A stretch of DNA of 64,000 nucleotides from the NCBI GenBank assembly GCA_963792585.1, contig CAWBWI010000006.1:96001-160000 (forward strand), written 5' to 3'. Both the position numbers and the translations under genes were made by a program. The notes under the pieces are model-generated. The model did no database searches. It had not been told where the DNA came from and worked only from the letters and a program-made list of their open reading frames with translations. The number at the start of each line of letters is the position of its first letter. Within the stretch, counting starts at the first letter, position 1. Source of the stretch: Candidatus Eiseniibacteriota bacterium (lineage in GTDB: Bacteria; Eisenbacteria; RBG-16-71-46; CAIMUX01; VGJL01). This document shows, piece by piece, positions 60,067 to 64,000 of this stretch.

Positions 60067-60501
60067 TTAGAGGAGCGCCGCGTCGATCTCGATTTCGAGT
60101 CCGGGCTTCAGGAGGGTCGAAACCGGGCACTGGACCTCGAGCGCGATCTGCTTGAAGGTCGCCGCGTCCATTCCCGGGACCTTCCCCCGCGTCACCAGCG
60201 CCATCTTCGTGATCTTGAAGCCGCCCGTCGGCTGCGGGCTCAGGTGACAGGTCGCGCTCGTCTCGATCGCCTCGGGGACGTGCCCCTTGCCGGCGAGGGT
60301 GTGCGCGAACGCCATGCTGAAGCAACCGGCATGCGCCGCCGCGATCAACTCCTCGGGATTCGTCCCGGGCGCTTGCTCGAAGCGCGTCGCGAACGAGTAC
60401 GGGGTCGCCTTCAGCACGCCGCTCGTCGCGTCGAGCGTCCCCTTTCCGCCCTTCAAGTCACCGTTCCAGACGGCCTTGGCCGTCCTCGTGATATCCGCCA
60501 T
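60067..60501 (-). CDS. osmC: OsmC family peroxiredoxin
   Basis: AVWNGDLKGGKG, GTNPEELIAAAHAGCFSMA, CPVS. Confidence 0.95.
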   Translation of the reverse strand: MADITRTAKAVWNGDLKGGKGTLDATSGVLKATPYSFATRFEQAPGTNPEELIAAAHAGCFSMAFAHTLAGKGHVPEAIETSATCHLSPQPTGGFKITKMALVTRGKVPGMDAATFKQIALEVQCPVSTLLKPGLEIEIDAALL

Positions 60502-60552
60502 TGTTCTTGAATCCTCCCTTTCACGGATCGTTCGTTCGGGGTATTCCGCCCA

Positions 60553-61561
<1,009 letters not shown>

Positions 61562-61573
61562 CCTCCCCACCCC

Positions 61574-62580
<1,007 letters not shown>

Positions 62581-62781
62581 CCGCTAGCCTCCCTGATGAT
62601 GAACGGAAGCGGCCCCCGCCGCCGATGACTCGTCGGATCGTACCATGCCCCCCCGAACGGCGTCAGCCGCCCACCGGGCGCCTATTCCCCGCAGGTCTCG
62701 ATCCGGAACTTGAAATCGACCTACGGAGTACCGATTCTTCTAGAGTATGGCTTTCGACCCTATCCCCCGAAGGAGGCCCGT

Positions 62782-64000
62782 ATGCGGCTGATCTCCGTCC
62801 TTGGCGCGGCTTTGATCCTCGCCATCGGCTTCCCCGGCCGGAGTGCGGGACAGGAAACCGTCCCATCGACGGTCCCCTCGACACCCGATTGGAGCGCGGG
62901 GAAAGGAGCCACAGCCGAAATCAACGTCCTCGGACCGGGCGGCGCCCTCCTGCGCAAGACCTACGGCGTCGCCCTCGGAGAGCCTGCCCGGCTGGTCCTC
63001 CGATTGACCGAGCTTGCGGGGGCGGAAAAGGTGCTTGCCTCCTTCCGCGACGGGACGAAAGCCGAGGCGGCGACGGTCTATTCCACCGATCCCATCCAGG
63101 ACATCGCCGTCATCGAAATGTCGACGCCGCTGCCGGCGCCTCCCGAACCCGCGCTGGCGATCAAGTGGCGCCTCAACGCGAAAGTCCAGGTCCTGCCGGG
63201 ACCCGGCATGGGCGAGGAAGCTCAGGAGCAGACCATCACCGAGCCGTTCGAACAGGGTACGATCCGGTTGGTTCCCCTTTCCGGCGACTCCCCCAACGGG
63301 CTCGCCGTCATGGATGTGACCGGCAGGTGGATCGGATTGACGGGCAGGATCGAAGACCCGAGCGGGAAGTTCACCTATCTGACCTCGAGCGAGCAGATCA
63401 TTCCGATCATCTTCGGCGCGCCGGCGAGCAAACCGATCGCGCAGCTCGGCGTCACGCCTCCCGACTGGCAGAACCCGCGCGAGGCGATCGGCATGCTGGC
63501 GCGGGGAGTCCTCCGCTCCTTCCAGAAGCCCGCCGAGGCGGGGCCATTCTACGACCTCGCACTGCAGCGCGATCGGACGTTGCCCGACGTCTACTTTTGG
63601 ATGGGGAAGAGCGCGTTCAAGCAGCAGAAGTTCGCCGACGCGGAGGCGAGCTTCCGCGAGACGATCCGGTTGAAGCCCGACTGGGCGATGGCCTACCACA
63701 TGGCGGGCGCCGCCGCGAACCAGCAGGGTCACTACGACGTGGCTCTCGAATTCTACGACCAGGGGCTGAAGGTCAACCCGAACAGTGCAATGACGATGAC
63801 CAACAAGTCGGGGGCGCTCTACAACCTCGGCAGGGTCCAGGAGTCGATCGAGGTCCTGAAGAAGGCGATCGCGGCCGATTCGACGTACGCTCTGGCGGTC
63901 CACAACCTGGGGGTCACCTACTCGTCGATGGGAAACCGGGTGGACGCGGAAGCGATGTATAACAAGCTCATGACCATGGACAGGTACCTCGCGAAGTCGT
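62782..64000 (+). CDS. Exported TPR protein with N-terminal degenerate trypsin-like domain (runs off the window; absent from the ORF track)
   Basis: AAGGAGG plus ATG 62782. Signal MRLISVLGAALILAIG, DPIQDIAVIE, then TPRs (VYFWMGKSAF..KPDWAMAYH..NPNSA..AVHNLGVTY). No stop before 64000. Confidence 0.85.
   Translation, partial: MRLISVLGAALILAIGFPGRSAGQETVPSTVPSTPDWSAGKGATAEINVLGPGGALLRKTYGVALGEPARLVLRLTELAGAEKVLASFRDGTKAEAATVYSTDPIQDIAVIEMSTPLPAPPEPALAIKWRLNAKVQVLPGPGMGEEAQEQTITEPFEQGTIRLVPLSGDSPNGLAVMDVTGRWIGLTGRIEDPSGKFTYLTSSEQIIPIIFGAPASKPIAQLGVTPPDWQNPREAIGMLARGVLRSFQKPAEAGPFYDLALQRDRTLPDVYFWMGKSAFKQQKFADAEASFRETIRLKPDWAMAYHMAGAAANQQGHYDVALEFYDQGLKVNPNSAMTMTNKSGALYNLGRVQESIEVLKKAIAADSTYALAVHNLGVTYSSMGNRVDAEAMYNKLMTMDRYLAKS

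Noticed and set aside
62625..63962. 445-aa plus-strand ORF and 387-aa minus-strand ORF 62740-63903
   Set aside because: Wrong frames. The true gene is the TPR frame starting at 62782.

Overview
Bacterial genomic window, probably from an uncultured FCB-type lineage such as Eisenbacteria, Krumholzibacteriota or Latescibacterota. This is inferred only from FlgD-Ig/T9SS-like C-terminal tails and a PorV/PorQ-like gene. It looks like a long-read assembly, because many conserved genes carry single-base indels. The left part (1-27.8 kb) is a visibly less GC-rich exopolysaccharide locus. It holds glycosyltransferases, two polysaccharide deacetylases, three GNAT/FemAB-type acyltransferases, a CapK-like ligase, an LbH acyltransferase, a DegT-family aminotransferase, an FkbM methyltransferase, Wzx, WecB and a PorV-like barrel. 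It ends in two divergent PEP-CTERM genes, each with a sigma54 promoter, and contains one intact IS1380 plus remnants of ISL3, IS21, IS66 and a second IS1380. The right part (27.8-64 kb) is GC-rich backbone: a citrate lyase operon (citC-citD-[PPC/DUF296]-citE-citF-citX-citG), three secreted proteins with FlgD/T9SS-like tails, an L,D-transpeptidase, a MenAT1-like nucleotidyltransferase toxin-antitoxin pair, pheA, an ECF sigma/anti-sigma module, DUF72, TerB, alpha-2-macroglobulin plus pbpC, a cation transporter, a large hybrid histidine kinase, osmC, two tandem GAPDH paralogs and a truncated TPR protein. The most interesting leads are (i) a Zn-motif PPC/ALDC-fold gene inside a citrate lyase operon that lacks an oxaloacetate decarboxylase, (ii) a tandem GAPDH paralog that keeps the catalytic Cys/His but has altered phosphate-binding motifs, and (iii) PEP-CTERM and T9SS-like sorting signals in the same genome, with a PorV-like gene inside the EPS locus. 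All family calls come from recognising motifs by eye, not from database searches.
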